Source: the human T2T-CHM13v2.0 reference genome, Homo sapiens
Direction: 5' to 3'
DNA: 64,000 nt
Assembly (NCBI GenBank): GCA_009914755.4
Contig: CP068257.2
Coordinates: 41,824,001 to 41,888,000, forward strand
Below the pieces are notes generated by a model. The model did no database searches and was not told the origin of the DNA. It saw only the letters and a program-made list of their open reading frames with translations. Positions within the stretch are counted from its first letter, which is position 1, and every line of letters begins with the position of its first letter. Both the position numbers and the translations under genes were made by a program. This document shows positions 31,794-45,600 of the stretch, piece by piece.

Positions 31794-32261
31794 AACAGGT
31801 TATTCATTCTGGGTGACGGGAATATGGGGGTTGCTCTTATTCACTGTACTTTTTGACTTTCCATACTTCTCCAAATAGAAATAAAAGAGGAGGGCGGAAG
31901 AGGAGGAGCAAATTGGGAGTAAAAGAGCAGGTGCTGGGAGCTTCCCGTGGCTCAGGGGTGGCTTCTGGAACGGGAGAGAGCAGGTGACAGCGATGAGGTA
32001 GGTCTGCAGAGGAGCCGTGTGCAGGAGCAGAGATGGAAGGGCCAGCGCGCAGGCAGCCTTCGGACTCGGCTGCCCAGCTGGGAGGGCTGTGTCTGCACTG
32101 ACACGGGTGTCAACAGCAGGGGCGACCTAGAGCGAGTCTGTAAGAAGGAAGGCCGCGACGCCTGCAGGGACCCAGGCCCTCCCAGCCTTAGCACAGCAGC
32201 GCTCCTGGCCAAAAACCCAAGTGCCTGCTGCTCACTGTCTCAGAACCCACTTCGAGTACAG

Positions 32262-32400
32262 AAACATGTCTGTGCATGCACGTGTCTACACAGGTGTGTT
32301 TCTGGGGTGTGAACACAGTGCATGTGTACACACACACGTGTATGTGTGTGCATCTGTGTGCCTGGTTCAGGATGTATGTGCACGGACAGCATATGCACAG
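32262..32400. repeat. GT-rich degenerate repeat (gtgtgt / gtatgtgtgtgc), opposite polarity to the CA block 470 bp upstream
   Basis: gcatgcacgtgtctacacaggtgtgtttctggggtgtgaacacagtgcatgtgtacacacacacgtgtatgtgtgtgcatctgtgtgcc. Confidence 0.8.
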
Positions 32401-32696
32401 GGAACACGCTTGTGCCTGAGTGCGCTGGGGTCAGTGGTGCTGGCCAAGTGAGAATGGGGGTGGGCATGAGGGTGCTGGGCGGGGCCAGGGCAGGAACTCA
32501 TGGAACTGGAGGCCTGTCTTCCCCCTGATACATTCCAGAGGCGGGAGGGGGTGGACAGAGTCTGGGGGCTACTTCTTCACCCCAGGCGCTGCCCTCTCAG
32601 AGGACCCAGTAGAAACCCACACAACACCCAGTCTCTGTCTGAGGGGAGGATGGGGTGGGAGGACCCCCTCTAAGTGCACTGTGACTTTGGGAAACA

Positions 32697-33577
<881 letters not shown>

Positions 33578-35224
33578 CTGGGCACTGTGGCTCCAACTGC
33601 TGTTCGTCTGTCATGTAGTGACTGACAGGGCTGACCTCATCTTAACCTGCTTACGTCGGTAAAGACCCTCTTTCTAAACAAGGTCACATTTACAGGCACT
33701 GCGGGTTAGGAATTCAGTATCAAGGGGATACAGTTCGATCCATAAGTAAGTAAATTCCCAAGTAAATATGTAACCTCAGATTGAGAAGTGCTCTGGAGAA
33801 AATAGGGGAATTCACCAAGGCAACCTAATTATGTTCCAAAATATTCAGAACACATTGCTATTGGAAGACCGTTCTCTATCCTTCCACCTGGACTGGCCTC
33901 TGTCCCTCTATCCTCAAACATCCCCTGAGGACTCAGCGTTTCATTCCTTGCTGCCCACGTACAGCCCTGGGGCTCTTTGCTCTGCTTCTGGGGTCTCACG
34001 CGGAACTCTGAGGAACATGGACGGCCGTCACAGGAACCTCAGTGAGCCCCGAGCAGGCTGGACAGCAAGGGCAGGGGACTGAGGCTCAACAACCAGCCCC
34101 TCCCCCAACAGGCCATGGCAGCTCAGCAGACACTCCCATGCTGCCTCCCAAGGCCAAAAGAGGACGTGTTTGCAAAGGGTGTTGTCCTTCCCCTTGCCTG
34201 CAGTGATTCAGCCAGCTGAACGAGAACTCGTGGTCACCTTAGGCAGCCACGCTGGACAAAAAAAACAACATGCAACCAAAAGTCCCCTTTGTCCTCGTTC
34301 ACAATGCTTCTTGCCTAAATTACCCACGTCTGCTGGAAGACTCGGGCGCATTTCGTCTGTACCGAGAGCAATCAGGAAGTTTGGGGTCTGTGGTGCTCCC
34401 CAGCACAGCAAGCCCCAGGGCTACAGGGGAGTCGTTAGCTCCCAGGCCAGGGCTCTGTGGACACTGCGAAGACCGGTGCCTGCTGCAGGTGGAGCAGCTG
34501 TGAGACCTCCTGGCTCGTCTTCCCAGGGATGCGGGCTTTAATTTTCCATCCTGGCTGCCGTCCCCTTCCATGACCTGCGCTTATGAATGGCCATGTCCAA
34601 CAAGTGGCATCACCCCCTCCCACTGTCTCCAAGGAGCCTGCTCTGGGGAACGCTATCTTGTTTTTCTAAAGAGCCACGTCTACAAGCAAAGAGGAAGGTG
34701 TGTGGTGCCTTCCAAAGTGCTAGCTGCCGGGAAAGGACACATCCCTCACACCTCCTTTTTGAGCTGCAGAAAATGCAGCTCAGAGATGCCAAGTGAGCAT
34801 CGCACTCAGGAATGCGCTGTGCCCTCCGTGGAGTCAGACTTTGGCCTCTTAAGCAAGAGCAGGAGAAGACGAGGGGGTGGGCAGCAGCCAGGGGCAGGCG
34901 CTGGCACAAACAGATGAGGATCTAAATCCACCTGCTGGTCACACAGCCCTGAGCTGGTGCCTCGCCCCTCACAGCCCCTGCTGCAGGTATATAAAGCTGG
35001 GCACGGGTGGACAGGACGCAAAGCAGTGATATGTGCCTCCAGTCAGCCCTGAAGGCCAGGGTGGCAGCTTCCCCTAAGAACAGAGGGCGCCTGGGTGGCT
35101 GCCCCAAGAGAACAAAGCAGTGCAGACCTGCAGCTCCCCCTGCAGTGAACAGAGCTCTCTGCAAACGTTCTCTGACAGCAATGTACCGAAATCTCTTCCT
35201 AACTCAAGTTTACAAAAATTTTGT

Positions 35225-35520
35225 TTTCTTCTAGAAATTTAATAGTGTTAGATCACATATGTGGGTCTACGATCTGTTAAGGTTCTGTATGCAGTGAAAA
35301 GTATGCAGTTCCACTTTTGTGCCAGTGGATACCCAATTGTCTCTGCTCCATTGTTAAAAAGACTTCCCTTTTCCACTGAATTGTCTTTGAATCTTTGTTG
35401 GAAATGTGTGTCTGTATCTGTGGGTCTATTTGTGGACTCATTGTGTTCCACTGATACACTGTCTATCCTAATTTCAACACCACACTGGGATTATGGTAGG
35501 TTTATGGTAGGGAGGCCTTC
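35225..35520 (-). mobile_element. L1 fragment in antisense orientation
   Basis: cttcccttttccactgaattgtctttgaatctttgttggaaatgtgtgtctgtatctgtgggtctatttgtggactcattgtgttccactgatacactgtctatcctaatttcaacaccacactggg resembles the widely seen antisense-L1 segment (ttttccactgaattgtcttggc...ctatatgtctatccttatgccagtaccacactgtcttgattactgtagc). Confidence 0.55.
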
Positions 35521-38500
35521 GCCTCTGGCCTGGGGTGTTGACGGAAGCTGCTCCCAGGCAGTGGTTCCTGGGGACAGTAGGGGCAGCAGGACCCCGCTGG
35601 CCCGCTCTGCACCTTGGGCCGCCTGCCTCTGCTTCCGCTTCCCGCCACCTTTGCTCCACAAGGTCACAGCCCAGGAGACGAGGCAGACTCCTCCAGATTT
35701 ATGTCCAACACCCAATCTGGGTTTCTGAAGAAACTTCTCTCGGAAACGCCCAGCTTCCCCGGTTTCCTTTGTTCCCAGAACCGGCAGGGAGCAGAGACAA
35801 GAATCATGAGCCTCCCAGCAGCCTGGGCCCTGGGGGAACGCCACCACCCTGCTGTGCTTCACATTCCCCAGCCACAAACGGGGACAAGTCTCCCTTCCCC
35901 TCCTGGATCCTGCACTCTGTCCTGGAACCTTCCAGAGAGAACAGGCCCAGAGCCTGCAGAACCTGTGTCACCCAGAACCCCCACTGGCTGCACGGGAGAC
36001 TCGCTGGGGCTTTTGAAGGCCTACACAGTTCTCTGGCTGTGGTGTGAGGAGTGGTGGAGGCTGCAGGAGGACTGAGGGCCTCCGCTGCGGAGAAACCAAG
36101 GAAGGAGGGGTGCTGCCTGCCATGAGGTGGCGCTCAGCCTGCCAGCGCCCACATCACAGGGGCTCCCATCCGCCCGCCTGCCCCGGAGCTCGCCCGGCCT
36201 CCATCTCCCCGTCTCGGGACATGGTGACTGCGCCCTCACCTAGTTGCTCTGAGGATAGAAAGCAATCCACCGAAGCCTCATGCAGGCACACAGGGTGGAC
36301 ACGCTCAGAACATAGGCCTGGCAGGCAGCCCCTACCAGAGCCAGGCATTCGTTCACACGCATCAGCCATTCTGGGGGAGGAAGGAGGAGAGGCCCCAACT
36401 TTACAAGCCCCGTGCCCGCAGATGAGGGGAAGAAGTAAAGATGGAGGCTGTGGGTCCCCATGTGGCGGGGCCCTCTGTACTCCTGCCCCGCCGTGGCGGA
36501 TAATGGGAAACCGCAAAGGAACACACTGTGGCCGTTTCTTCGGGATGGACCCGCGCGTCCTCACTGCCTTTCTCTCGGGATCCTGGGGCTCAAGTGAACT
36601 GATGCCATCCTTGGTTCATCGTTTGTTCATGTAAGGCTCCCTTGTATTTTCATCCGTTCATTTTAATAACGTGATGAGCACTTGTGAACCTACCCCACTC
36701 CAAGAAGTGGACAGCAGAGAAAGCAATCAACATGCTTCTTTCTCTCCCATTCCCACCCTGCCTGGCAACCTCCATCTGGAGTTTTCTCCTTCTCCTTTTT
36801 CTTAAAAGTTTTAACACATATACACACACTTGCTGAAAAACACACGGCTTGTTGTGCTTGTTTCCAAGCTGTATGGGACGGAGTCACACAGAGTCTTCGG
36901 GACTTGTCATTTTCACTCAGTCTTAACGCTATGCAGCACTGGTGCTGTCGCCGTGGCCTTCGCTCACCGTGGCCAGAGCTGTGTGGGGTTTCCGCGTGCA
37001 GCGCGCCATGAAGTGCTCCTTAACTCTGGGATGGCACTGGGCTGTGTCTGGCTTGGGGCTGCTCCCAACAGAACTGCCCTGAGATGTGAGCACATGCTCG
37101 AGCTTCTCCTGGGGGTGCCTGCAGGGAACCTGCTGTAGAAAGGGCACATGATGTTCAACGTCACACATAGTGCCAAACGGGTTTCCCAAATATTCAGACC
37201 GCTGCTCCCCCAGAAGCACTGGGAGAGAGCCACATCCCGCTCAGGCTCGACAGGTTGGACTTCCGAGGTTCGGCCAATCTGGTGGGTGCACAGTGGTCTC
37301 CTTACCATCCAGGTTTGCGTGTCCCTGGAGACTAATGTGGTTGACCATCTCTTCCCATGTTTGCCAGCCAAATCACTGAGAAATGCCTGCCAGTCACATA
37401 TGTATGTTTCTCCATTGGGTTGTAGGTCTTTTTCTTACTGATTGGTAGGATTTTTTTATTTAAATTTCTTTCAGGTGGTTTTGGTAAGCATGTGTTCTTA
37501 GCTGGCAAACTTTCAGATCGTACCAACCCTTTCCTCTTTGGCTGGCACTCTTGGGTCCTGTTGAAGACTCCTCGCTGCTGCAGGTCCGCGGCTATTCGCT
37601 TGGTGCCCTGCTCTGGGGAAAGGCAGCCCGGGTCTGCCCCACTCCTGCCGAGTGTGCCGGCTCTTCCTTTGCGGGAGAAACCCTTCCCAGAAAAGCACCA
37701 CTGGGGAGAGGCCCTGCCTCCTGCTCGTGACTTAGGACACACCACAAGCTCCAAGGGACCCATCTGCGCAAATGACAACCACAAAGGACACCTCTGTGGG
37801 GAGTCATTGATCTCACAAGGCAGGGAGGGGCCTCAAGGGGTACCCCAAAACAAACTGAGCAAATGCAAGCTGGACCCAAATGGCAGGGTTCTTCAGTGGC
37901 CCAAAGTGGACTGGGGTACCCAGCACTCAGGAGGCCAGTGTGCACCAAAGCCCAGGCTCGGGAGGACAGAGCGTTGGGCAGGGGCAGAGCCGGCCAGACT
38001 ATGGTGACCACAAGGCCAGGCCGGCCAACTGGCCCCTCACAGGCGCAGTCAGCAAGACACACATGTGGCCTGTGATGACACAGACCCTGGACTGGCACTC
38101 GAAGGTCAGAGCCAGGATAGGCCAGCCCTGTTCTCACAGGCCTGTGGCCAGCAGGACAGTGCAGCCTCAAGGAACAAGCGAACTGAAACACCAAGAACAG
38201 CCCCGTGGGTGCAGAAGCCCTGGGCAGCATCAGCGTCAGAACAGCTGCTTGCAGACCCACCGCCCCTCCCTCCCTCTCAGCCAAGTAACTCAGTGCTGCA
38301 GCATCTGTACAAGATAGAAGCACATCAGTGATGCCCCACAGCCACCGCAGGCCCCCGAGGCACACAGACATGGCCATTCAAAACAACCCACAAGGGCAGG
38401 CAAGGCTCTCTCCAGAAGACCACGACTAATCCCATCTAGACAGGCCAGGGCAGAAGCACAACACGCCAGAGGCAAGCACCCACCAAGACAGCCTGGCTCC

Positions 38501-40039
38501 ACCACCCCCCACTCCTTCTGCAGGCTGAGAGACGGCGACAACAGCACCCTGGCACTGCACCACCCTGGACCACTCCTTGCTGTGCCAGGCTAAAGGACAG
38601 CCGGTCCTGCCCTCACAGAGCACGCGTGGCAAGGTCTCCACTGCTGAGACAGCAGTCACCTGGCTCTTTCACTTTAAAACGCCTCTGTGAGACTGGAACA
38701 GGAATTAAAAGAAATTAAAGAACGTGTAAGCAGAAACTCAGTTGTAAGAAAACCCAACTCCCCCTGAGAAAGAGAAAGAGCTGGAGTCCTTTAAAAATTA
38801 ACTGCCTGTTTTTCTGTGGCTAGTGAGCTTTATCTCTCCCTTTCCCAGGCATTGTGGAGACCCTGATTCCCTAGCTGTGCAGCTGCAAGGTCACAGATAA
38901 ACTCAAGTCGCAAAACATGTTTCTCCTTAAAAAGTAAGAAATGACATAATGCATGTCTCAATTAATTAAATAACTGTCTTTGTTTCTCGCTTGTGTAATA
39001 TGCTTCCCCCTGTACAGATCTCCCCCCGCCCCATGAGATGCTTAAAAGGTAACTTAACTCTTTGTTTGGGACTCAGTCGTTTGGATGTTAATCCGACTGG
39101 GCTAGTGCACCTAAATAATAAATATCCTCCTGTACCCCATCAGTTTCTCTGATTCCTTAAAAAATCCCGCTACAAGACAGCGGCCGCTCTGGGCTGTGTC
39201 TTTCACACTGAGTTCTCTCCCACCCAGCCTGAGGGATCATCTCCCAACTGCTGTGAGCTGAGCCGGTGCTCACAAGACACCTTAGACCCTTCAGGCTTGA
39301 GGTCTGTGCACAGCTACCTTCAATGAAGAGCATAAGTCAAGCTGCTCTTCAATGAAGAGCAGATGCCTTTCACTGCTGAATTACCCAGAGAGGAATTCGT
39401 GGTTGTGCCCAGGATGGGAAAGGCTTCCAGGAGCCCCAGGGGTGAGGTGTACTCCATACTCAGTGCTGGAAGCCTGGGGCATCAGGAGGCCCCCACTCTG
39501 CCCCTCATCCCCGAGTTCCTGGTCGCAGATGCAGCGTCACACCTGAGAGCCAGAGGGAGGTTTCAGGGTGTAATCTAGCCTGTGTGACCCCTTGTTCCTG
39601 ATGAACACCTGGAACCCAGGCCAGCAGCCTCCCCTGTGCCCACGGAGTAGGCAGTTGCAAATGCACATGCAGGAAGAAGGAAGTCCTTTCTCTTAGATCC
39701 CACTCTGAGTTATTGCTGTGGCAACCATTCCTAACGCTCATCTCCTTTTCTCCAGCCCGTCTCAGAAACACGTGGTGAAGCTCCATGATGAAACGCTCTG
39801 ACCCACTCTGCAGGGTACAGCATTAGCGTTCAGGTCGGCTTCCTGAGCCCAGGAAATGTCCTGGCCCTGGCACAGCAGTGGGTGGCTGGTAGGGCCCTGA
39901 GCTAGGCAGGGAGGCCCCTCCTCAGGCTTCTCTGTTCTTTCCCAACCCTGGGAGGAACACCTGGATGGGGCCACCCTCTGTCTACCCCACTGGCCTCAAC
40001 AGAATGAAAACCAGACTCATGAGATGCTCAAACTCCCAG

Positions 40040-40362
40040 GCAAGGATCCCCAAGAACGGCAGAGCCCAGCAGGTGAGGCCTCCCATGAACAGCAGAGCCC
40101 AGCAGGAGAGGCCCTCAGGAACAGCAGAGCCCAGCAGGTGAAGCCCCCAGAACAAAGGTGTCTGGCAGGTGAGGTCCCCTGAACAACAGTGGTGTCCAGC
40201 AGGAGAGGCCCCCGAGGAACAGCGTTGTCTGGCAGGTGAGACCCCCAGGGATAGAGATGTCCGGTAGAAGAAGCCTCCCAGGGACAGAGATGTCCGGTGT
40301 CCAGTGTCCAGCAGGCGAGGCCCCCCAGGGACAGAGGTGTCCAGCAGGAGAGTCCCCCGACG
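40040..40362. repeat. GC-rich minisatellite with about 10 degenerate tandem copies of a 30-35-bp unit (gaacagcagagcccagcaggtgaggcccccag-like)
   Basis: Direct reading shows successive units: aagaacggcagagcccagcaggtgaggcctcccat, then gaacagcagagcccagcaggagaggccctcag, then gaacagcagagcccagcaggtgaagcccccag, and so on. The units diverge progressively. Confidence 0.85.
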
Positions 40363-43300
40363 AGCATCCTTCTGAATGAGTGCTCCAGAGGAGGCCCCTC
40401 TGGAGGTAGGTGGGTACAGTCTGGTGGCGACATCCTGCATGTGCACGCACAAGAGAAGAGCCCATGCAAATCCACAGGGCGAATGCAAAGTCCTGCCGAG
40501 GATCCTCTACTCTCTGCCCGGCCCAGGGGTATGTGGGGAAAGTAGGTGAGGTGGCTTTTCTTTCCTATGGACCAGACCCTGCTGTGGGTCAGAGCTAGGG
40601 CCTCAGGACAGCACTCCCTCCAGGAGGCAATTATTCTTGAGGAGTCACTCTTCCAGGGCTGTCTTCCCTAGTGTCTTCTGTGAAGCGCCGTTGCTGCTGG
40701 TGAGAAGGAGGGGAGAGGAAAGCCATCTTCAGATGCTCAAGAATCTGCCAGGTGTGAGAGGGACCAAAACTCGTCTCTGCAGCTCCCGAAGACATAGCCA
40801 GGATGACAGGGGAAGAGTAAGACAAAGGCGTTTTCAACTCCGTGCGGAGAACTTTAAACAGTGAGAACGCTCCAAGAACAGACAGGGTGAGCTGGAGGTT
40901 CCTCTCACCTGTGAGTCTTAGATCCACAGCTGCACATCATACTGTCCCTTTTCAGCCCTGTACTGTCCCCTGGGCACAAGAGCTTGCCATCTGCCCTGCA
41001 TCCTCACACCAGCTGGCATGACCTCCTTGGGACACCCTGTGGATGCCTTCCTTGCCACTGCACACTGTCCCCTGGCCGACGTCACTCTTGACTTTTATAC
41101 AAGCCTCGGGGAGTCCCTGAACCTCTGACACCTCTGTTTCCTTTACATTTCCTGCAAATTGAAAGTCTGGTCGGGATCAGTGATTCCCAACTCATGCTCC
41201 ACAGACTAGAAGGGGCTGGACTAGGGTGGCCCGATGGTCAGACGGGCCTGGGAAATGCTGGGCCAAGCAGAGTAAGCAGGTGTCTCTGCTGTGGATTTCT
41301 CAGAGCCTTTAACTGGCACCTGTTGTGAATCTCTGAGAGAGCAACAGGGCTTCTAGGCTCCTCTGCCCCTGGTGCCAACTGATCTGCAACATCAGGTAAC
41401 ATCCCTGTGGTGGGTGAGCAGCAACAATCTGGGCCGGTGGTACTGGGGTAAAAGAATTTACCAAGACAGTTGTAGGCAAAGAAAGGCAGATTTATGAGAG
41501 AAAGTATGAAAACGCATTCCAAGGTTGCAATGGGCAGAATCAGCAGAAGAGGAGCCAACTGCAAAGAAACAAAGGCTTGCTGGGGATTTTATAGGGTGGT
41601 TCTTAGGCTGCAGAGGGCGACGTGCAGAACTAATAACGCCAAGGCAGCCAGGAGCTAACTTGGAGGTGTCTGGCCATAGCTCGGCCCAGGAAGATCATGA
41701 GTTACCTGAGCAGGAGGCCTGCGTGTCCTGGACCATGAAGAAAGTCAACTCTATAGCTTATCTGCTTTCTCTTTTTGCTTGCCCTTGGTCCTGCCAGCCT
41801 GACTCCTTTTCCCTAATTAGGACTCCACAATCCCAAGAAGCTAACATTCACAGACACAGGCTGGGAGACATCGGCTGACGCAGTTGATGAGGGTCCCTTA
41901 CGGCACCAACACCGCTTGCTGAGGCTCTGCTGAGACTCAGAAGGTGCCCTTACATGGAGCCAGAGAACAAATCGAGGCCACAGGGGGAAGGCAGGAAGAG
42001 CTGCTTCAAAAGAGAAACTTCAGGCTCCCATGAGCCTTTTAACAGCCTCCCTGCAAGGCAGCCACTGACTGATACCAGCCAGGTGATCAGTACAGGAGAG
42101 GACGGGGCCCAGGATGGGGCTATCCATCCGGGAGAGGGGGGTGCTTTACAGACTTTTCCAGAAGGTCCCCAGGGGAACCTTCACAATTCAAGGGCAGAAA
42201 GGATGTGAGGTCTGGTGAGGTTCCAACAGCCAGAGAGGAGCCAGGCAGGTCTGTTCAGCTTGAGTGCTTGGCCCATCAGCAGCTTGCGTTGGGTCAGAGC
42301 CTTCCTCCCTCAGCCCCAACCCCCTCCCTGCTACAGCCCCAAAACAGACAAGTCTGAACAGGTGTGACTAGAGGGAGCCAACAGGCAGGGTCCTTGGTGG
42401 GTGACACATGCTCACTCCCGACACTGACTCAGACAGCAGCAGGGAAGGGAAACCCCAAACCATTCAGGCTAGCTGAGTCAGCAGGTACAGTGTGGCCCAG
42501 AGCACGGGCTCAGCCCAGCTGACTCCTGGTACCTTGGGGAGGCACTGGGAAGTTTCAGCCAGGGAAGGAATGACTGCTCTGATTTCTATTTCTAAAAGAT
42601 CCAACAAGCCACTGGAGAGAGAATGACTGAGGGTGGAAAAACAGTCTGGTGAGACAGAAACTGAAGGAGGAAACCAAATGGCTCTGCTGTTTCTGAGTCC
42701 ACAGGGCCTGGACACAGAACCCCGCTACTCAGTCAAACTCTTACTCTAGGAGTTGCTGGGAGGGCATGTGGTAGCTCCGGGTGACTTCAAGTAAAGGAGC
42801 TTGTCCTCAAACATCTGGGTGGACCTCCTGTCAATAGCTGAAGGCCTTGAGAACCACACGGAAACTTCCCTGAGGAAGGAGAGATTCCTCCCATGGACTC
42901 AGTGTCAGCTCCAGCCTGAGAGTTTCCAGCCTCCCGCCTGCCCTGGATTTCAGACTTGCCTAACCAGCACCCCCACAGTTGCATAAGCCAGTTCCTCGCC
43001 ATATATGATGCAGCCACATTAAGCATGAAACATCTGTTTAGCATCCAAATGTGCCAAAGAAAAAGATTTACACTGATCAGAATTTGTTGGCATTTGATGC
43101 TGGAGCTGAGTGTGGGGGCTGCTCTGGAGATGGGTCCAGCCCAGGGCAGTGCCCATAGTGAGATACCCAAGAAAGGAGGCCAGCGTGGTTGGAGGAGACC
43201 TGGGAGGGAGCTGGCTCAGGCGAAAGGAGGAGGAAGCACTGGTGCTGGGGGCAGGGGAACTTTGACCCCAGTGTATCCGAGTGTCAGGGGAGGCAGGGGG

Positions 43301-44065
43301 TGGCAGAAGGGGTGCTGGTATCCGAAGGGCAGGAGTGGACTGATGGGGGATGTGTGCTGTCAATGTTTCCTGAGATGGAGCAGCTGTTCCCAGCCACGGT
43401 GCAGCTGCATAGGACAGCCCAGAAGAGGCAGAGCTGAGTGACACCAGGGCCAGCTTTGCCAGATAAGCGCAATAGTGGGCAAGCAGTGAGAACATGAAGG
43501 GTGTTCCTAACAGAGTGGCTCTAACACGGTGCTGCCATGGAAGTTTTCTAGGGAGGAAGGGGGCCAGCCGGGGTGAGGCACAGGGGGCTGCTGTGCCAAT
43601 GGGCAGGACCAGCTGTGCCAGGTCCGGGTGTGGGGCCAGCTTGCTGGGATGTGGTCTTAGAACCAGTGAGAAGAAAAGTAGAAACATGCAGGCAAGGGGT
43701 TCCCAAAGGGACTTTTCAGAGGGGTGGCAAGGCCAAGGGGCTGGGCGGCCTGGAAGGGCCACCACCAGGATTAGTTCAGGTTGCCCAGAAGCTAGCACCA
43801 GGTGGCTGAGGCCACAAAGAGAAGCTGATGAGGGGCGACAGGGGCAGCCAGGGCATTTCCTTTCTGAACTGTCCCCACTCAGATGAAAGCACCATGACTG
43901 ACACACATCTGTGCACAAGGCGAGTAGCCATGGAGCAGCTCCTCCGAGAGCAGGCAAGGCACGAGAGGCACAGAGAACCCCATTTCAGAGAACCCCATGG
44001 TGGCACACTGGGAGAGAAGGCTCCTGACAGAGGGGCTCTGTGAAGCTCTCTGTGGAGTTGCAACT

Positions 44066-44180
44066 CGCACACGCGTGCACACATTCATACACTCATACAC
44101 GTGCACACACATGCACAAACCCCCACACACTCACAAGCCTATGTGTGTGCACACACGTGCATACACTCATACGTAAACGC
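44066..44180. repeat. Degenerate CA-rich low-complexity block
   Basis: cacacgcgtgcacacattcatacactcatacacgtgcacacacatgcacaaacccccacacactcacaagcc... Confidence 0.8.
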
Positions 44181-45323
44181 AGCCACCCCCACCCAGCACC
44201 AGGTACCCACCCTCGAACTCCAGAGGTTCCTGGGCACAGGTCCTCGAGCCTGTCCAGGGCCCCAGCTCCCAGCTATGCTCATCCCAAATCGCCCTCGAGA
44301 CTGCCCAGAGCATGACTCCGGCTAGGGCCCCTCTGGGGGCCTCCCTCAGCCTCCTCCAGTTCACAGACCCTTTCCTGATCCTCAGGGCCAGGGCAGATCC
44401 CAACCAGTGAACTGGAGAAGAGGGGCTTGGGACACAAGGGGATAAGAAACGAGTGCCCCAAAATGCTGCAGTAACCATTCGCCTCCAACTTGAATGGCCT
44501 ATCATCCTAAACGTGAAAACAGATGCAGGTGTCAAGCCGATGCTTAGGGAGATACTCAGCCCTCCCAAATCCCAAGAAAGGATTAGGCCTTCCAAAAAAT
44601 TCTAGTGACAACTTTCTAGGAAGAGCAGGCCTTTGGTGATGGCTGGTCTTGAGGGCTGGGAATGGATGGCTGAGCTCCAGGAGGAACTGAGCTCAGGTGC
44701 AGCCTGTCCAAGGGCAGTGGGAGGCTCCAGTATGATGCTAGAACATTCTGTTGCCAAGGAGAAGGTCCGCCCTCTGTATAAAGTTCAGACAGTGCCCTCC
44801 ACACAGGCTTCTGCCAGCCCTCATGACCTTGCAGCTGGCCTCTCTGTCCTCCCCATTCTTCACATCCAGCCAGTTTCTCCCACACACGGGGCCAGGGTTG
44901 CTCAGCCCTTTATACCCGGCCATAATGAGAGAAAAAGCATTTATGCTGAGGTGATTTTTGCCAAGAAAGAAGGCAACCATGGGCTTGTTTCTGTCATTCC
45001 TGCTGCACTAACCCTGTCAAAGTGTGACAGCCACTGCTTCCCAGGTGGCAAGACAAGAAATGCTGGGTTGAGAAGCTGGTCCAACGACCTTGAATTTCTG
45101 GAGAGAGAACTGGGAGGCCTTGCTCTTCTCCCTTTTCTGGGCTCACAACCCCAACACATACAATCCTTCTTCCACAATGTGGTGGTGAGTCATCCACACT
45201 GGGTGACCAATGGAGGCCTGGTCATTATCCAAACAATTAAGCCTCAACAGACCAATTTATCTGGCCATCCACTGTGAAACATATCTCAGACGTTCTAAAA
45301 AGATAGGAAAGAAAAGAAAAATT

Positions 45324-45600
45324 CAGCCTGTAATCTTAGTACTCTGGGAGGCCCTGGCTAGGAGCTTGAGACCAGCCTAGGCAACATAGTGAGACCCCCA
45401 TCTCTACAAAAAAATATTAAAATTATCCAGGTGTGATGGCACACACCTGTAGTGCCAGCTACTTGGGAGGCTGAGGTGGGAGGATCGCTTGAGCCAAGAA
45501 GTTCAAGGCTTCAGTGAGCTATGACTGTGGCACTGCACTCCAGCCTGGAAGACAGAGTGAGACCCTGTCCCTAAAAAAGAAAAAAACAAAAAAATAAGGA
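45324..45600 (+). mobile_element. Alu SINE (older, 5'-truncated, AluJ-like) with an A-rich tail
   Basis: gcctgtaatcttagtactctgggaggccctggctaggagcttgagaccagcctaggcaacatagtgagaccccc ... ccagcctggaagacagagtgagaccctgtccctaaaaaagaaaaaaacaaaaaaat. Confidence 0.85.

Noticed and set aside
37592-38377. 261-aa minus-strand ORF
   Set aside because: It has no splice-site framing, no recognisable domain or motif and an Ala/Pro/Leu/Gly-rich composition driven by GC content. It is treated as a chance ORF, though a BLASTP would settle it.
38690-39240. Possible additional LTR-like sequence (…cctaaataataaatatcctcctgtacc…)
   Set aside because: It contains AATAAA and a TG/CA-ish context, but I cannot delimit termini, find a target-site duplication or recognise a family. 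It is left unannotated.
39982-40488. Three overlapping minus-strand ORFs (116-168 aa) with repetitive GLSCWTPL/CPWEASPAGH motifs. A CRISPR-like repeat array was also considered.
   Set aside because: They translate the ~32-bp GC-rich minisatellite. The array has no unique spacers between conserved repeats and the context is eukaryotic, so it is neither coding nor CRISPR.
43019-43957. 312-aa minus-strand ORF, and 26175-27104 (309 aa, minus)
   Set aside because: Both are in GC-rich unique sequence with Pro/Ser/Ala/Leu-rich low-complexity translation and no recognisable family similarity. They overlap with equally long ORFs on the opposite strand, which is characteristic of random open frames in GC-rich DNA.
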